This document shows positions 1 to 10,178 of a stretch of 64,000 nucleotides of DNA, in pieces (within the stretch, counting starts at the first letter, position 1; every line of letters starts with the position of its first letter). This DNA is from Minisyncoccia bacterium (GTDB lineage Bacteria > Patescibacteriota > Minisyncoccia > Phycocordibacterales > Phycocordibacteraceae): the NCBI GenBank assembly GCA_038228545.1, contig JBBRPE010000002.1, positions 22,426 through 86,425 on the forward strand. The letters run 5' to 3'. The notes beneath the pieces are model-generated. The model made no database searches. It was not told the origin of the DNA and was given only the letters and a program-made list of their open reading frames with translations. A program made the translations under genes and the position numbers.

Positions 1-147
1 CGGGCACGAAGACGGCCGTCCCGACGCGAATGCAGCATCCCGGAGCGGGTCAGGCAGCAGGCAGTCAGCACGGGCGCTCGAAGCAAGGCTAGTGGCGAGG
101 AAAGCTGCCGCCAACACCAGAAGCACGTAAAGACCATAACGACGCAT
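1..147 (-). CDS. Secreted hypothetical protein, N-terminal part (runs off the window)
   Basis: Hand translation MRRYGLYVLLVLAAAFLATSLASSARADC...; signal peptide with A-x-A site; GGGAG RBS upstream. Confidence 0.6.
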   Translation of the reverse strand, partial: MRRYGLYVLLVLAAAFLATSLASSARADCLLPDPLRDAAFASGRPSSCP

Positions 148-230
148 GGCATGTTCTCCCTAGCCAGCGGACAGGATTGTCCTATATATAGACTACTCCT
201 CCTCTAACAAAGCGCACTCTGTGCAGGTGC

Positions 231-659
231 CTAAGAAATTGGTTTCGGATTATATACAGAACCAGCCAGCCAATTCTCAAGTACACGTTTGCTTGGAAGA
301 AATATATTCTCCGGGAGTTCGTTCTTTGGAAACCATGTCCAGTTCGCAGATTTCTCCGGTTCTGCCGGATAGGGCTTTCCCGATTTCCATTCAAGCAGAA
401 GGCCGATGGATACGAAATGCTTTTCGTACACACAGTCATTCGAAATAGAGATCAGGCCTTTGACCTCCAAATCGGTAAGGCCACACTCTTCCTCTGTTTC
501 GCGTAACGCTGTCTCTTCAAATGTTTCCCCGCATTCCAGATGTCCGCCAGGAATCGCCCAGGTACCGGCACCATGACTGACCAGCCGTTCACCAAGAAGA
601 ACGCTGTCACCTTTCATGACAACGACTCCTATTCCAACCTTGGGACGAATCTCTTCCAT
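231..659 (-). CDS. NUDIX hydrolase (MutT/NUDT15-like)
   Basis: Nudix box [24 protein letters not shown]. Confidence 0.9.
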   Translation of the reverse strand: MEEIRPKVGIGVVVMKGDSVLLGERLVSHGAGTWAIPGGHLECGETFEETALRETEEECGLTDLEVKGLISISNDCVYEKHFVSIGLLLEWKSGKPYPAEPEKSANWTWFPKNELPENIFLPSKRVLENWLAGSVYNPKPIS

Positions 660-660
660 A

Positions 661-1053
661 TCAATTGGTTCCCTCTCGTCGATGCTTTTCCTTTATTTTC
701 CAGTAAACCTCCTCCGTGCCAGCTTCTGAAGCACGTATTTCCTTATTAAAAAATTCAACCGGATATTTAGCTTGCACTTTCGTAAGTTTATCGTTTACCG
801 CCTCATCCATATCTATTCCAAGAATAGACGCCATATCAAAACAATAAATCATAACGTCAGAGAGTTCCTTCCGAATCTTTTCCATTTTCTTTTCATCCGT
901 ACGTACTTCCTGTGGATGAAGATTGTCCCACTGAAATATCTCAAGCAGTTCCGCTGCCTCTATCGTGATTGACTTAGCAATGTCTGATGGACGCAGCTCG
1001 TCCCACCCGCGCTTTTCAAGATGTTTTCGTATTCGGTCCTGAAACGCCTCCAT
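661..1053 (-). CDS. MazG-like nucleotide pyrophosphohydrolase (dCTP pyrophosphatase-like)
   Basis: [15 protein letters not shown] and ELSDVMIY motifs; start trimmed to MEAFQD. Confidence 0.85.
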   Translation of the reverse strand: MEAFQDRIRKHLEKRGWDELRPSDIAKSITIEAAELLEIFQWDNLHPQEVRTDEKKMEKIRKELSDVMIYCFDMASILGIDMDEAVNDKLTKVQAKYPVEFFNKEIRASEAGTEEVYWKIKEKHRREGTN

Positions 1054-1115
1054 AGCGTCAGTATATAGCACTAAATACAGTTTCAAGTAAGTAATAATTT
1101 CTGTCTTTGTCACTA

Positions 1116-1143
1116 TTGACTTTTCATAAGTAGTTGCTATAAA
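1116..1143 (+). promoter_or_regulatory. sigma70-type promoter of the NfeD-flotillin operon
   Basis: TTGACT-16 nt-TATAAA with TG extension. Confidence 0.5.
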
Positions 1144-1219
1144 CATATTGGAGTTTCCTCGGACTTCCGGGGACCGAACCGCGCGGTTACGGCGGGCACC
1201 TTGAAAGGATTAGACAACT

Positions 1220-1750
1220 ATGGAGCCGATTTTTTGGATCGCTCTTATCGCCGGCCTTGTCTGCCTCTCCCTGTCACACATCTTTGATATTGGCGGGCAT
1301 GATGCTGACTTCGGTCACGATCACGGAGGAGACGGCGAAAGCGATGGGCTCATGACGAATCTCTTCACGCTTCGCAATTTCTTCATCTTCGCTCTGGGCT
1401 TCGGGGCTAGTGGCGCTATCGCCGCTCGTCTCGGAGCAAACGACCTGATCGCGAGCATTTGGGGCCTCGTCGCCGGCGTGCTTCTTGCACTTCTGGGTTC
1501 CGCTCTGTACCGCGCGATGCGCGGTCAGCAAGCGAGTTCTCTGACGCACTCGAATGCGCTCGTCGGCAAACGGGCCAAGGTGCTCACCGCTATCCCTTCG
1601 GGGGGACGCGGTGAAATAACCACCACGAATGCTCAAGGCACGACGGTGGCTCTACCTGCTCGTTCCTCTTCGGGGGAAATCGTGCAGAACACCATCGTCA
1701 ACATCACGGCCATGGATGGCGATACCGCCACCGTGGAACCCATCGTCTAA
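1220..1750 (+). CDS. NfeD/YqiJ-like membrane protein with C-terminal OB fold
   Basis: TM helices, His/Asp-rich loop, LVGKRAKVLTAIP..GEI; directly upstream of a flotillin. Confidence 0.8.
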   Translation: MEPIFWIALIAGLVCLSLSHIFDIGGHDADFGHDHGGDGESDGLMTNLFTLRNFFIFALGFGASGAIAARLGANDLIASIWGLVAGVLLALLGSALYRAMRGQQASSLTHSNALVGKRAKVLTAIPSGGRGEITTTNAQGTTVALPARSSSGEIVQNTIVNITAMDGDTATVEPIV

Positions 1751-1776
1751 ATAGACCGAGAAAGGGTCAAACTCAG

Positions 1777-3501
1777 ATGCAGATTCCAAGCTTTGTGATT
1801 CCGGTGGGGGTAGCAATTTTGTTCCTCGTGGCCGGTTTCTTCATGGTGATGGGAACGATTTCCCGTTACTACAAGAAGATCTCGCCCAACACCGTGGCCG
1901 TCATCACCGGCCGGAAGAACAAGATCAAGATGATGATCGACGGCGAGGAAAGGGTCGTCGAGAAGGGCTATCGCTTCGTCTCGGGCGGCGGCGCACTTAT
2001 CGTGCCGCTCCTCGAGAAGATGGAGGAGATGAGTCTCAACACCATCTCCACCACAGTGACCGTGACCGACGTTCCCTCGAAGGAGGGCGTGAAGGTGACG
2101 GTCGTGGCGATCGCCAACGTCAAGATCCAATCCGACGAGGCTTCCCTGCCGCTCGCCATTGAGCGATTCCTGGGGAGCTCCGAAGCTCAGATCCGCGGCG
2201 TCATCGACTCCACACTGGAGGGCGACCTCCGTGGCATCGTCGGCACCATGACGGTTGAAGGCCTGGTCAACGATCGGCAAACCTTCACCCAGCATGTACT
2301 CGAAGAAGCCGGCACCGACCTGGCCAAGATGGGCCTGTCGGTGGACGTGGTGAAAATCCAGTCCATCTCGGACGAACACGGCTATATCGATGCCCTGGGC
2401 AAGAAGCGCACCGCCGGCGTCGTCCGCGACGCCAGCATCGGTGAAGCCGAAGCTCAGCAGGAGACCGACGTCAAGACGGCGGCGGCCCGCCAAACTGGCG
2501 CCACTGCGCAAGCGGTCGCCGAGCAGGCAATCTCGACTGCCAACCGCGATCGTGACATGGCCATCGCCGACAACGAGGCGCAGGTCAAAGCCCAGCAGGC
2601 CCAGATCCCGATTGCCGCGGAAATTGCCGCGGCCAATCGGACCAAAGAGCTGAACGTCGCGACCGTTGATGCCAAAAAGGCGGAAATCACCGCCGGCATC
2701 GCGCTGCAGCAAGAAGAAGCCAAGCGTGTCGCGGCCGAACAGCAGGCCACCGTCGTGGTGCCGGCTGAAAAGGCCAAGGAAGCGCGTATCATCGCCGCCG
2801 ACGCCGGCCAAGCGGCGGCCGAACGTGAAGGTGAAGCCTTCCGCATCAAGGCCTCCAAGGAGGGCGAGGGCGAACGAGCGAAGCAGGAAGGTGTTGCGGC
2901 GGGCCGTAAGGCTCTCGCAAGCGCCGACCAAGCTGAGCGCGAGGCTCTGGCCGCAGGTAACAAGGCCCAGCTGCTCGCCACTGCGGCGGGTGTGCAGGCC
3001 GACCTGGAAGCCAAGGCTGCTGGTGAGATGGCGATGGCGAATGCCATTCGCGCTCGCCTGCTAGCCGAAGCCGAAGGCACCGAAAAGCGTGCCGAGGCGT
3101 TCGCCAAGCTCGACCAAGCCGGTCGCTTCCTGATGATTCTCGAGGCTCTGCCTCCGGTCATCGCGGCGTGCGGCGAAGCGGGTGAACGGATCGTGCGTCC
3201 GGCGGCGGAAGCCATCGGAACCGGTCTGGGCAACGTCAAAGAGATCCGCATCGTGGATCTCGGTGGTGGGAAAGACGGAGGCCAGTCCCTCGTCAGCCGG
3301 TTCGCTTCGACGCCGGTTCAGGCTTTCTTCGGGCTCTTTGAACAGGCGAAGGCGGCGGGTTTTGGTCCGCTCATCGACGAGCTCACGAAGCGCTTCGGCA
3401 TCAATCTCGACGAGATCATTCCGTCAGTTGCTCCGGCAGCTGCGGAACCTCCAATCGAAGGCGAAGCGAAGACGGTCACGCCAGCCGAAGCGAAGGCCTA
3501 A
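1777..3501 (+). CDS. Flotillin/SPFH-domain protein (YqiK/FloT-like)
   Basis: N-terminal TM, SPFH domain (LEGDLRGIVGTMTVE, YIDALGKK), long Ala/Glu coiled coil with AEA repeats. Confidence 0.92.
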   Translation: MQIPSFVIPVGVAILFLVAGFFMVMGTISRYYKKISPNTVAVITGRKNKIKMMIDGEERVVEKGYRFVSGGGALIVPLLEKMEEMSLNTISTTVTVTDVPSKEGVKVTVVAIANVKIQSDEASLPLAIERFLGSSEAQIRGVIDSTLEGDLRGIVGTMTVEGLVNDRQTFTQHVLEEAGTDLAKMGLSVDVVKIQSISDEHGYIDALGKKRTAGVVRDASIGEAEAQQETDVKTAAARQTGATAQAVAEQAISTANRDRDMAIADNEAQVKAQQAQIPIAAEIAAANRTKELNVATVDAKKAEITAGIALQQEEAKRVAAEQQATVVVPAEKAKEARIIAADAGQAAAEREGEAFRIKASKEGEGERAKQEGVAAGRKALASADQAEREALAAGNKAQLLATAAGVQADLEAKAAGEMAMANAIRARLLAEAEGTEKRAEAFAKLDQAGRFLMILEALPPVIAACGEAGERIVRPAAEAIGTGLGNVKEIRIVDLGGGKDGGQSLVSRFASTPVQAFFGLFEQAKAAGFGPLIDELTKRFGINLDEIIPSVAPAAAEPPIEGEAKTVTPAEAKA

Positions 3502-3549
3502 CCGCCCTTCGACGCTCCTGACTATCTAGTACCACGTGCTTACAACTTG

Positions 3550-3587
3550 CTCGCCGTAGTCCCACCTTGGGATTGCGGCGAGTTTTT
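3550..3587 (+). terminator. Rho-independent terminator
   Basis: CTCGCCGTAGTCCCA/TGGGATTGCGGCGAG stem followed by T run. Confidence 0.75.
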
Positions 3588-5100
3588 ATACAAATCCCGG
3601 GAAATAGTCGGATTTTATGTGCGACAGTGGCAATCCGAGTTCATGTAGTGTTTTTTGAAACGCGACCACCATAGCGCGCGGACCGGAAATGTAGAACATG
3701 CGCTCACGATAGTCAGGTATCTCACGCTTAATGAGTTCAGCGTCAATGAGTCCGGCATAGGACCCCGGGAATGTTTGCGTATCGTTTGAAAGAGCGTAGA
3801 TGGTCTTCATACCAAGTTCGATACGAGCTCGCTCAAATACGTCATAGTACGCAACTTCCTCGACTGTTTTATTTGAGTAGAGCAAAACCGCATCGCGCTT
3901 CTGTTTGCGGTCGAGCATCGAGCCCACCATAGCTCGGAACGGTGTAACACCGATACCACCTGCAATAAAAGCAACTTTCCTTGACTCTTTTTCAGGAAGC
4001 GTAAAGTCCCCCGCAAGGTGCGCAGCCGTAATCGTATCCCCTGCCCTAAGTTCCATGAGTTTCTGTTTGAAACTCGAGAGCTGTGCTCCGGTCTTCACCG
4101 CAAGACGCAAATTCTTTTCTGTCGGGGAAGACGCGATGGTGAAGTAGCGTCGATTTCCTTTATTGTCCGTTCCTTTTCCTTCAGGAATAGTCCACTCAAG
4201 GTATTGGCCCGGGTAGAATGAATGTTTTATGGCGGGTGCAAATACAAACTCAACTGTATCTTTCGCCAACTGATTCTTTTCTGTGAGCGTGAGCATGAAA
4301 CGGCCTTTTGGACTGATTGCGTACACGAACACATTACCAAGAAGAAGAGCGAGTTCCGGTGTGAAATAGAACGAACCTATATGTATAGCGGGTGCAAACC
4401 AAATACCGACGAGTATGCCGTATGCGATACGCATCGAACGAGTCGGTGGCATGGTAGCCGGCTCCGTAAGCATGGCAAACGCCAGGAAGAAGAACGAGGA
4501 ATGTATGAGTGTGGTCCACACCGCATGGAGCGGATCGGTGTTTGTCGTGAACGCAATAGTGAGGAGCGAGGCTGCGGTAAAGGATAGGAACAAATCGAAT
4601 CGCTGAATCTTACGGACAATGAGAAGACCACCGAGAACAATGACAGCCATAAGAGGTAGGTTTCCAGCGACCCACCAGCTTGCGCCGTGCATGAACACGA
4701 GCGAAGAGACAACGACAGCAAACGCTGCAGGATTAAATACGTGTTTCCCGTTAATCGCGAAGATGTACTTCGACGCCATGCCCCACACACCTATGAGCGC
4801 GAGAAGCAGTGAACCCATGAGATCGCCCGGAGTAACCGGTGTCACGATGAGAGCCAAAATGAGTGCCGTTATGTAAAGTGAGGCAGTACCCGGAACGGCG
4901 TGCCAGACACGCGCAAATATAAAATTAGTCAGCCAGGAAGAAGCAATGAGTATCGCAACTGAGTACCCGATAGCAAACGGCGAATACGAGAGAATATGGA
5001 AAAGACCGAGAGTACCCGCAAGCACAAGAAGCGCAATGAGGTAATACAAAACGACGCGATACATCGTTATACGGTTCAAGATTGAGTCTATGTAATTCAT
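3586..5100 (-). CDS. NqrB/RnfD-like membrane domain fused to an FAD/NAD-binding (FNR-like) oxidoreductase
   Basis: HVFNPAA and FAMLTEPATMP membrane motifs; RRYFTIASSP, FIAGGIGVTPF and YISGP FNR motifs. Confidence 0.85.
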   Translation of the reverse strand: MNYIDSILNRITMYRVVLYYLIALLVLAGTLGLFHILSYSPFAIGYSVAILIASSWLTNFIFARVWHAVPGTASLYITALILALIVTPVTPGDLMGSLLLALIGVWGMASKYIFAINGKHVFNPAAFAVVVSSLVFMHGASWWVAGNLPLMAVIVLGGLLIVRKIQRFDLFLSFTAASLLTIAFTTNTDPLHAVWTTLIHSSFFFLAFAMLTEPATMPPTRSMRIAYGILVGIWFAPAIHIGSFYFTPELALLLGNVFVYAISPKGRFMLTLTEKNQLAKDTVEFVFAPAIKHSFYPGQYLEWTIPEGKGTDNKGNRRYFTIASSPTEKNLRLAVKTGAQLSSFKQKLMELRAGDTITAAHLAGDFTLPEKESRKVAFIAGGIGVTPFRAMVGSMLDRKQKRDAVLLYSNKTVEEVAYYDVFERARIELGMKTIYALSNDTQTFPGSYAGLIDAELIKREIPDYRERMFYISGPRAMVVAFQKTLHELGLPLSHIKSDYFPGFV

Positions 5101-5846
5101 ATAGTTGTATACGCGCTAAATCCACTCGTTTGGGTGGCAATGCCATCCTTGGTAATACTGTACCCCTCAAATCCGTCAGTGCGTTCAAGAAAGTCGATTC
5201 CTTTCTCTCCCATGGCGAACGCTGCAGTCGCTAGAATGTCCGATTCAAGCACGTCGCCGCCAATGACGGTGACGCTCACCACAGTGTCGAGTGCATCGCC
5301 TGCATCGTGTGGGTTATAGATATGTGCGCCCCGCACGTACGAGCCTGACGTCGCAATTCCCTTTCCTTTCGGATACACCACTTTGACTATCTCTTCGCGA
5401 TTAAAGGGATTACGAATACCAATACTCCACTCGCCTCCCCCCGCATTCATTCCTGAAACAGCGATGTCGCCAGCTGCCTCGACCATAAAATTCTGGTGTC
5501 CACGTTGTGCAAGAAGAGCTGCAGTGTTCTTAATAGCCCATCCTTTTACAACACCTGAGGGGTCAATCGTCCTGTTCGGTTGATGTATGTCAAAGTATCC
5601 TTCCGTTTCCCTTCTTGCCTTCTCTGCGAGAGCGAAGACTACTTTCACGGGCTCGCTCCAGTTCGATTCTTTTATTTCTCCACGATTAATGCGAGATATC
5701 TCACTATCAAATTTGTAGGTACTGAAGCGAGTATCTATTTCACTCAGATACTCGAAGGCCGCAGTGAAGGATTCTTCGGAAAGATTCGCATCAACTATTT
5801 CTATGGATATGGGCATTCCCATAATGTCGGTGCGAGTCTGTTTCAT
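5097..5846 (-). CDS. apbE: FAD:protein FMN transferase (ApbE family)
   Basis: MGMPISI, DPSGVVKGWA, GIATSGSY and SDILATAAF motifs. Confidence 0.9.
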   Translation of the reverse strand: MKQTRTDIMGMPISIEIVDANLSEESFTAAFEYLSEIDTRFSTYKFDSEISRINRGEIKESNWSEPVKVVFALAEKARRETEGYFDIHQPNRTIDPSGVVKGWAIKNTAALLAQRGHQNFMVEAAGDIAVSGMNAGGGEWSIGIRNPFNREEIVKVVYPKGKGIATSGSYVRGAHIYNPHDAGDALDTVVSVTVIGGDVLESDILATAAFAMGEKGIDFLERTDGFEGYSITKDGIATQTSGFSAYTTI

Positions 5847-5854
5847 GACAGGTG

Positions 5855-6361
5855 TTAGGCTTTTGCTTTTGCGAGTGCACTTGCGAGCGACTGATTAAAT
5901 GCGGGACTGGTATCAGAAGCTCCGGAAATAGCATTCACATTCGCGTTTTGTGCTGAGATTGCCTCACGAATAAGCATGGGGAGTGCTTGCTGATTTATTT
6001 CGACGGAAGTATCACGGTCGTTTGGATACTGCAGAACCTTCACGTTCGTAAGCTTACCGCCTGAGATAACCGCAGCGACCTGAATATTTCCATAGTAGGC
6101 ATCTGCAACGCTTCCCGTGTAGGTGCCATCACTATACTGACCAGCATGCTTTGGTTTCGTTGCTACGGGTGTAGGTGACACCGGTTTAGAAGTAGGAGTA
6201 CTTGTCGTGGTATTCGCTTGCGCGGCAGTCGAAGACGTTTTAATCGAAGTAGTAACACTATCAGTAAATGCGGCATCTACGGGCGTAGTGTTTGAACGCT
6301 GCAGGAATACATAGCCGACAGAAGCCACAATAAGGACTGCTGCGAGTAGGAACTTCTTCAT
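5855..6361 (-). CDS. Extracytosolic FMN-binding (flavinylated) protein
   Basis: Signal anchor, Thr/Pro linker, DGTYTG...YGNIQV, flavinylation motif ISGAS. Confidence 0.88.
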   Translation of the reverse strand: MKKFLLAAVLIVASVGYVFLQRSNTTPVDAAFTDSVTTSIKTSSTAAQANTTTSTPTSKPVSPTPVATKPKHAGQYSDGTYTGSVADAYYGNIQVAAVISGGKLTNVKVLQYPNDRDTSVEINQQALPMLIREAISAQNANVNAISGASDTSPAFNQSLASALAKAKA

Positions 6362-6371
6362 ATACCTTCTA

Positions 6372-7124
6372 TTACGGTTGTGGTGGAAGGAGTATTTCAC
6401 CGCTCATCGGGAGTGGATGCACACCGAATGCACGGATAGTACTCGTCCCGTCGTCCATATCGCCGGCTACATATACCTTCTCTCCAGCAGAGAATTGGGT
6501 TATGTCGAAATTGGACGGAAGGATAACGATGTATCCGCTCTCGTCTTGATCCGTATCCAAATCGTCGTGCTGCATACGAATTGTGGACGTACCGATTTCA
6601 GTTATCGTGCCCCGGAAAATACCACGGTCATGCGGTGCGGGTACGCGCATGTGTTCGTAGATTTCTCCGAATGGCGACGGGAGTCCTCCGTGGTCAGCCT
6701 GGTAAAGCAGACGATCGTTGACGGACGTGCCCCGATCAAGCGCGAGGCCTGCACTTGTCGCAAGCGCAAGCAAAGCAAGAAGCAGATACAGAACTGGGCT
6801 TCGGTAACCAAACTTAAACCGGCGCAACAGCGTCTCAAGAAATAGAACGAGCAGCACATCAAGGATCAAGAGTGGCCACGGGAACACGACGAAGAACGCA
6901 AGGAGCCCACGAGGACCGAACCCGAGCAGCGACTCGTGACCATTGAGCCTGAGTCCGAACAGTATGAAATTAACAAGAGCGATGGAGACTACCAGAATTA
7001 CCACCGCGACAAGACCTGCGAGAATCGTCTCGAAAGTGAAGAACAACTTGGGCCGCATATGGACACTCTTCTCACGAATTTTCGCAAGAACCGTTTCCTT
7101 TGAGCTGTGTGAGTTATGTTCCAT
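6372..7124 (-). CDS. Membrane protein, candidate anti-sigma factor
   Basis: Three TM segments plus C-terminal soluble domain; overlaps the end of the ECF sigma gene. Confidence 0.6.
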   Translation of the reverse strand: MEHNSHSSKETVLAKIREKSVHMRPKLFFTFETILAGLVAVVILVVSIALVNFILFGLRLNGHESLLGFGPRGLLAFFVVFPWPLLILDVLLVLFLETLLRRFKFGYRSPVLYLLLALLALATSAGLALDRGTSVNDRLLYQADHGGLPSPFGEIYEHMRVPAPHDRGIFRGTITEIGTSTIRMQHDDLDTDQDESGYIVILPSNFDITQFSAGEKVYVAGDMDDGTSTIRAFGVHPLPMSGEILLPPQP

Positions 7125-7716
7125 AGGGATTGGGAGTGTCTTTATAAACCGCCGCTAGTGCGTCCTTGCCGCGCTTCAAGCGAATACCGACAGTTGAAAC
7201 CGGTACCTGAAGAATGTCGGCTATTTCTCGATAGGAAAGTTCTTCAAGGTAGTAGAGCACCAATACTTCGCGATACTTCGAGCTCACCTTCTCAAGTCCC
7301 CTATCGATAAGAATTCGCATTTCCCTTTGCTCACGCTCGGCCGGGGCCGGATCGTCATACGCCGGATGCGAAACGAGAGCATCAAAATCTATGCTAATGA
7401 CTTTCGAGCGTGAGCGCTTCCTAACCGCCGACACGAATTCATTATGAGTAATCCGATACATCCATGGAGAAAAGCGCATAGAGGTGTCAAAGCTCTGAAT
7501 GTTCTGGTAGGCGCGGAGAAACGCGTCCTGAACCAAGTCGGTAATGTCATCACGATCTGCAAGGAACTTCGTTCCGTATCGCTTAAGTTTTGCTTCGTAA
7601 CGTTCCATAAGGACACCGAATGATTCCGTATCTCCTTGCTGGACGCTACGCGCAAGCACCTCATCCGTTAGTTCGGTTGGAGTCACAGATTCTATAGTAC
7701 TAGGCGAGCTATCCAT
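7114..7716 (-). CDS. ECF RNA polymerase sigma-70 factor
   Basis: DLVQDAFLRAY, FSPWMYRI, LSYREIADILQVPVSTV region 2/4 motifs. Confidence 0.93.
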   Translation of the reverse strand: MDSSPSTIESVTPTELTDEVLARSVQQGDTESFGVLMERYEAKLKRYGTKFLADRDDITDLVQDAFLRAYQNIQSFDTSMRFSPWMYRITHNEFVSAVRKRSRSKVISIDFDALVSHPAYDDPAPAEREQREMRILIDRGLEKVSSKYREVLVLYYLEELSYREIADILQVPVSTVGIRLKRGKDALAAVYKDTPNPYGT

Positions 7717-7758
7717 GCGCTTCTTTTCTAGTACCCCGCGCACCTGCTGAATATTTCA

Positions 7759-8400
7759 CTATTGTCCGACAAGGAGAGAGAACAAAAAAGAGATAAGTAC
7801 TGAAAACGGCGCGGAGAAGAAGTAGCTAAAGGCGAACAGGACCGCCACAAAGGTAATAAGACCACCTTGCGCAAGGCGTGCTTCGAAATTCCGGAAGGAC
7901 ATGGCGTATTTATACGGAAGCAAACCGCGCAGGAAGGTGAAGCCGTCGAGGGGTGGAAACGGAATGAGATTGAAAAGACCGAGCGAGAGATTTACGAGCG
8001 CTATGATGCCAGCCGCCTGAGCAAAGCTCGTCATACCTGCCGAAAGCGCGATGCGCGTCACAAGTCCGAACACGAGTGCAAGGGCGAGATTCGTTGCAAC
8101 GCCCGCTATTGCAACCAAAGACTCCCCATAGCGCTGATTACGGAGGTTGTAGGGGTTATAGGGTACCGGCTTTGCCCAGCCAAAGAAGAAATGTCCGGGT
8201 GAGAGCACACCAATGAGGGGCACAATGATGGAGCCAATGGGGTCTATGTGCGGTATCGGATTGAGAGTCAGGCGCCCTGCAAGCCGTGCTGTCGGGTCTC
8301 CAAGGGCATTTGCAGCATAGCCATGAGCTACCTCGTGGATAATGATGGAGATGATAAGGGCCGCAAAGTAGAAGATTTCGATTCCAGTACCTAATTGCAT
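7759..8400 (-). CDS. Site-2 protease (M50 family)
   Basis: HEVAH zinc motif and NLIPFPPLDG. Confidence 0.92.
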   Translation of the reverse strand: MQLGTGIEIFYFAALIISIIIHEVAHGYAANALGDPTARLAGRLTLNPIPHIDPIGSIIVPLIGVLSPGHFFFGWAKPVPYNPYNLRNQRYGESLVAIAGVATNLALALVFGLVTRIALSAGMTSFAQAAGIIALVNLSLGLFNLIPFPPLDGFTFLRGLLPYKYAMSFRNFEARLAQGGLITFVAVLFAFSYFFSAPFSVLISFLFSLLVGQ

Positions 8401-8432
8401 ACGATTTCAGCCCATGCTAGCATGGCGGAACT

Positions 8433-8675
8433 ATGGCACGAAGCTGCGAAGTAACGGGAAAGAGCACACAAATCGGCGGACGGTACTCAAACCGTGTGCG
8501 TGCTACTCAGTACAACCCTACCGGAAAGGTCCGTCGTAAGGCTAATCTTCAGAAGCGCCGCATTTTCGTAGCAGAGCTTGGTACAACCGTACTCGTCGAT
8601 ATTTCGGCAAACGGCATGCGCCACATCAAGAAGAACGGTGCTCACAAGACCCTCAAGAAAGCGGGGATTATTTAA
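8433..8675 (+). CDS. rpmB: 50S ribosomal protein L28
   Basis: MARSCEVTGK...RRKANLQK, basic 80 aa. Confidence 0.88.
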   Translation: MARSCEVTGKSTQIGGRYSNRVRATQYNPTGKVRRKANLQKRRIFVAELGTTVLVDISANGMRHIKKNGAHKTLKKAGII

Positions 8676-10167
8676 ACGAGGCGGAATGCTTCGGAGAGGC
8701 GGCGCCAGCAGGCGCCGTTTTTCGTATGTGCCACACGAACCACGCAATGCCGGCGTAGGGAATAACGAGAAAGACAAAAGGAAATGCGGGAACGATAACG
8801 TTTGCGAGCGGCAGCTGCGCAAAACTTTCCGCGGCAAAAATAATGTACGAGAGTACAGCGTACGCAGGTAGACCAACGTAGGTAGCAAGGAACGGAATGA
8901 GGAGCGCAATGAAACCTCCCACGGTAGAGAGACCCATGGCAAGAGGGACGAACGGAAGTACAAGAATATTGGCCGGTACTGCAACTAGCGAAAAATTACC
9001 GGTTTGGTAGAGAAGAATAGGCAGCACAAAAAGCTGCGCAGCCAGCGTAGTAGCAATGATGTCACGCATAAACGCCCACCGAATAAACATGAGTCGTAGC
9101 TCGAACGCGTTCGATGCGAGTAACAGACCGAGTGTTGCCATGAATGAAAATTGGAATCCTGGGTCATACGCAAGTGAAAACGGCGAAAGAAGAAGCATCG
9201 CGACAAACACAACAATAAGTGCTCTAAGTGCATCATAGGTTCGTCCTGTTGAGCGAGCGAACAGAGCGAGGCCTGCCATGAGACCCGCACGCACTGCGGA
9301 CGAACCGCTTCCTGCAGCGACCACGAACAGTAGCACCGACACAGCTGCGATACCGAGTGCGAAACGTTTCGGAAGCCACGAGAGTCCTGCGAGGACTGAT
9401 TCAGCCACAATCATCACGTTGTACCCCGAGAGCACGATGATGGGCAGTAAGCCCGCGACCGTAAACGCATCTAAAAGTTTTTTTCCAAGTCCTTGTTTAC
9501 CGCCGATTATAAGACCTTCTGCAAGCGATGCGCTCGGCTCGGGAAGAGCATTCTCCAGCGCAGACGCAAACGCGTGTTTCGCACCAAAGAGTGCGCCGAG
9601 CGTCTTTGTTTCAATATCTGTACGCCGCCCCGTTACTTCCACACGCGCCAAAGGAACAAGTGCAAATATTCCGTCCTTCGCAAGAAATGTATCGTACGCA
9701 AATGTGCGACCGCCCTCCGTATCAAACGGCTGTGGAAGTCCGAGTACACCGGTAACGCGCACCGTATCGCCATAGGTGAGCGCGGGAAAGCGATCTGCGA
9801 CGGCGATGATTTTTGTACGTACGGTTCCCTTCGAAATTTCGACCGTCACACGCTGATTATTTTCACGAACATCCGGATCAGCGATTATGGTTCCGTTAAA
9901 CGAAGTAGGTTGACCGAGGTCGTGACTAAAAGCAGCTGGCAACGTCCGTGGCACGATACTGGCGCGTGCGCATCCAAGCGAGAGCACAAGGAGAAGTACG
10001 CACGGAATAAGATAGGCGTCACGTCTACCGAAAAACCAGGCACAGAAAAATCCAACAGAAAGTAGGAGCACGAAAAGCGAACAGGAGAGTGGGAGCGGAT
10101 AAAGCGTGCCGAGAAGAATTCCTCCAGCAAAACCGACGATACTAATGAGCGCGAGCGAGCTCTTCAT
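8668..10167 (-). CDS. comEC: ComEC/Rec2 competence channel (DUF4131 + competence domain, no MBL domain)
   Basis: IIVLSGYNV, SAVRAGLM and DPGFQFSF motifs. Confidence 0.88.
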   Translation of the reverse strand: MKSSLALISIVGFAGGILLGTLYPLPLSCSLFVLLLSVGFFCAWFFGRRDAYLIPCVLLLVLSLGCARASIVPRTLPAAFSHDLGQPTSFNGTIIADPDVRENNQRVTVEISKGTVRTKIIAVADRFPALTYGDTVRVTGVLGLPQPFDTEGGRTFAYDTFLAKDGIFALVPLARVEVTGRRTDIETKTLGALFGAKHAFASALENALPEPSASLAEGLIIGGKQGLGKKLLDAFTVAGLLPIIVLSGYNVMIVAESVLAGLSWLPKRFALGIAAVSVLLFVVAAGSGSSAVRAGLMAGLALFARSTGRTYDALRALIVVFVAMLLLSPFSLAYDPGFQFSFMATLGLLLASNAFELRLMFIRWAFMRDIIATTLAAQLFVLPILLYQTGNFSLVAVPANILVLPFVPLAMGLSTVGGFIALLIPFLATYVGLPAYAVLSYIIFAAESFAQLPLANVIVPAFPFVFLVIPYAGIAWFVWHIRKTAPAGAASPKHSASFK

Positions 10168-10178
10168 GTGATGCGTGT

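Noticed and set aside
1747-3529. Long alternative-frame and antisense ORFs over the flotillin gene
   Set aside because: Shadow ORFs expected from GC-rich, biased codon usage.
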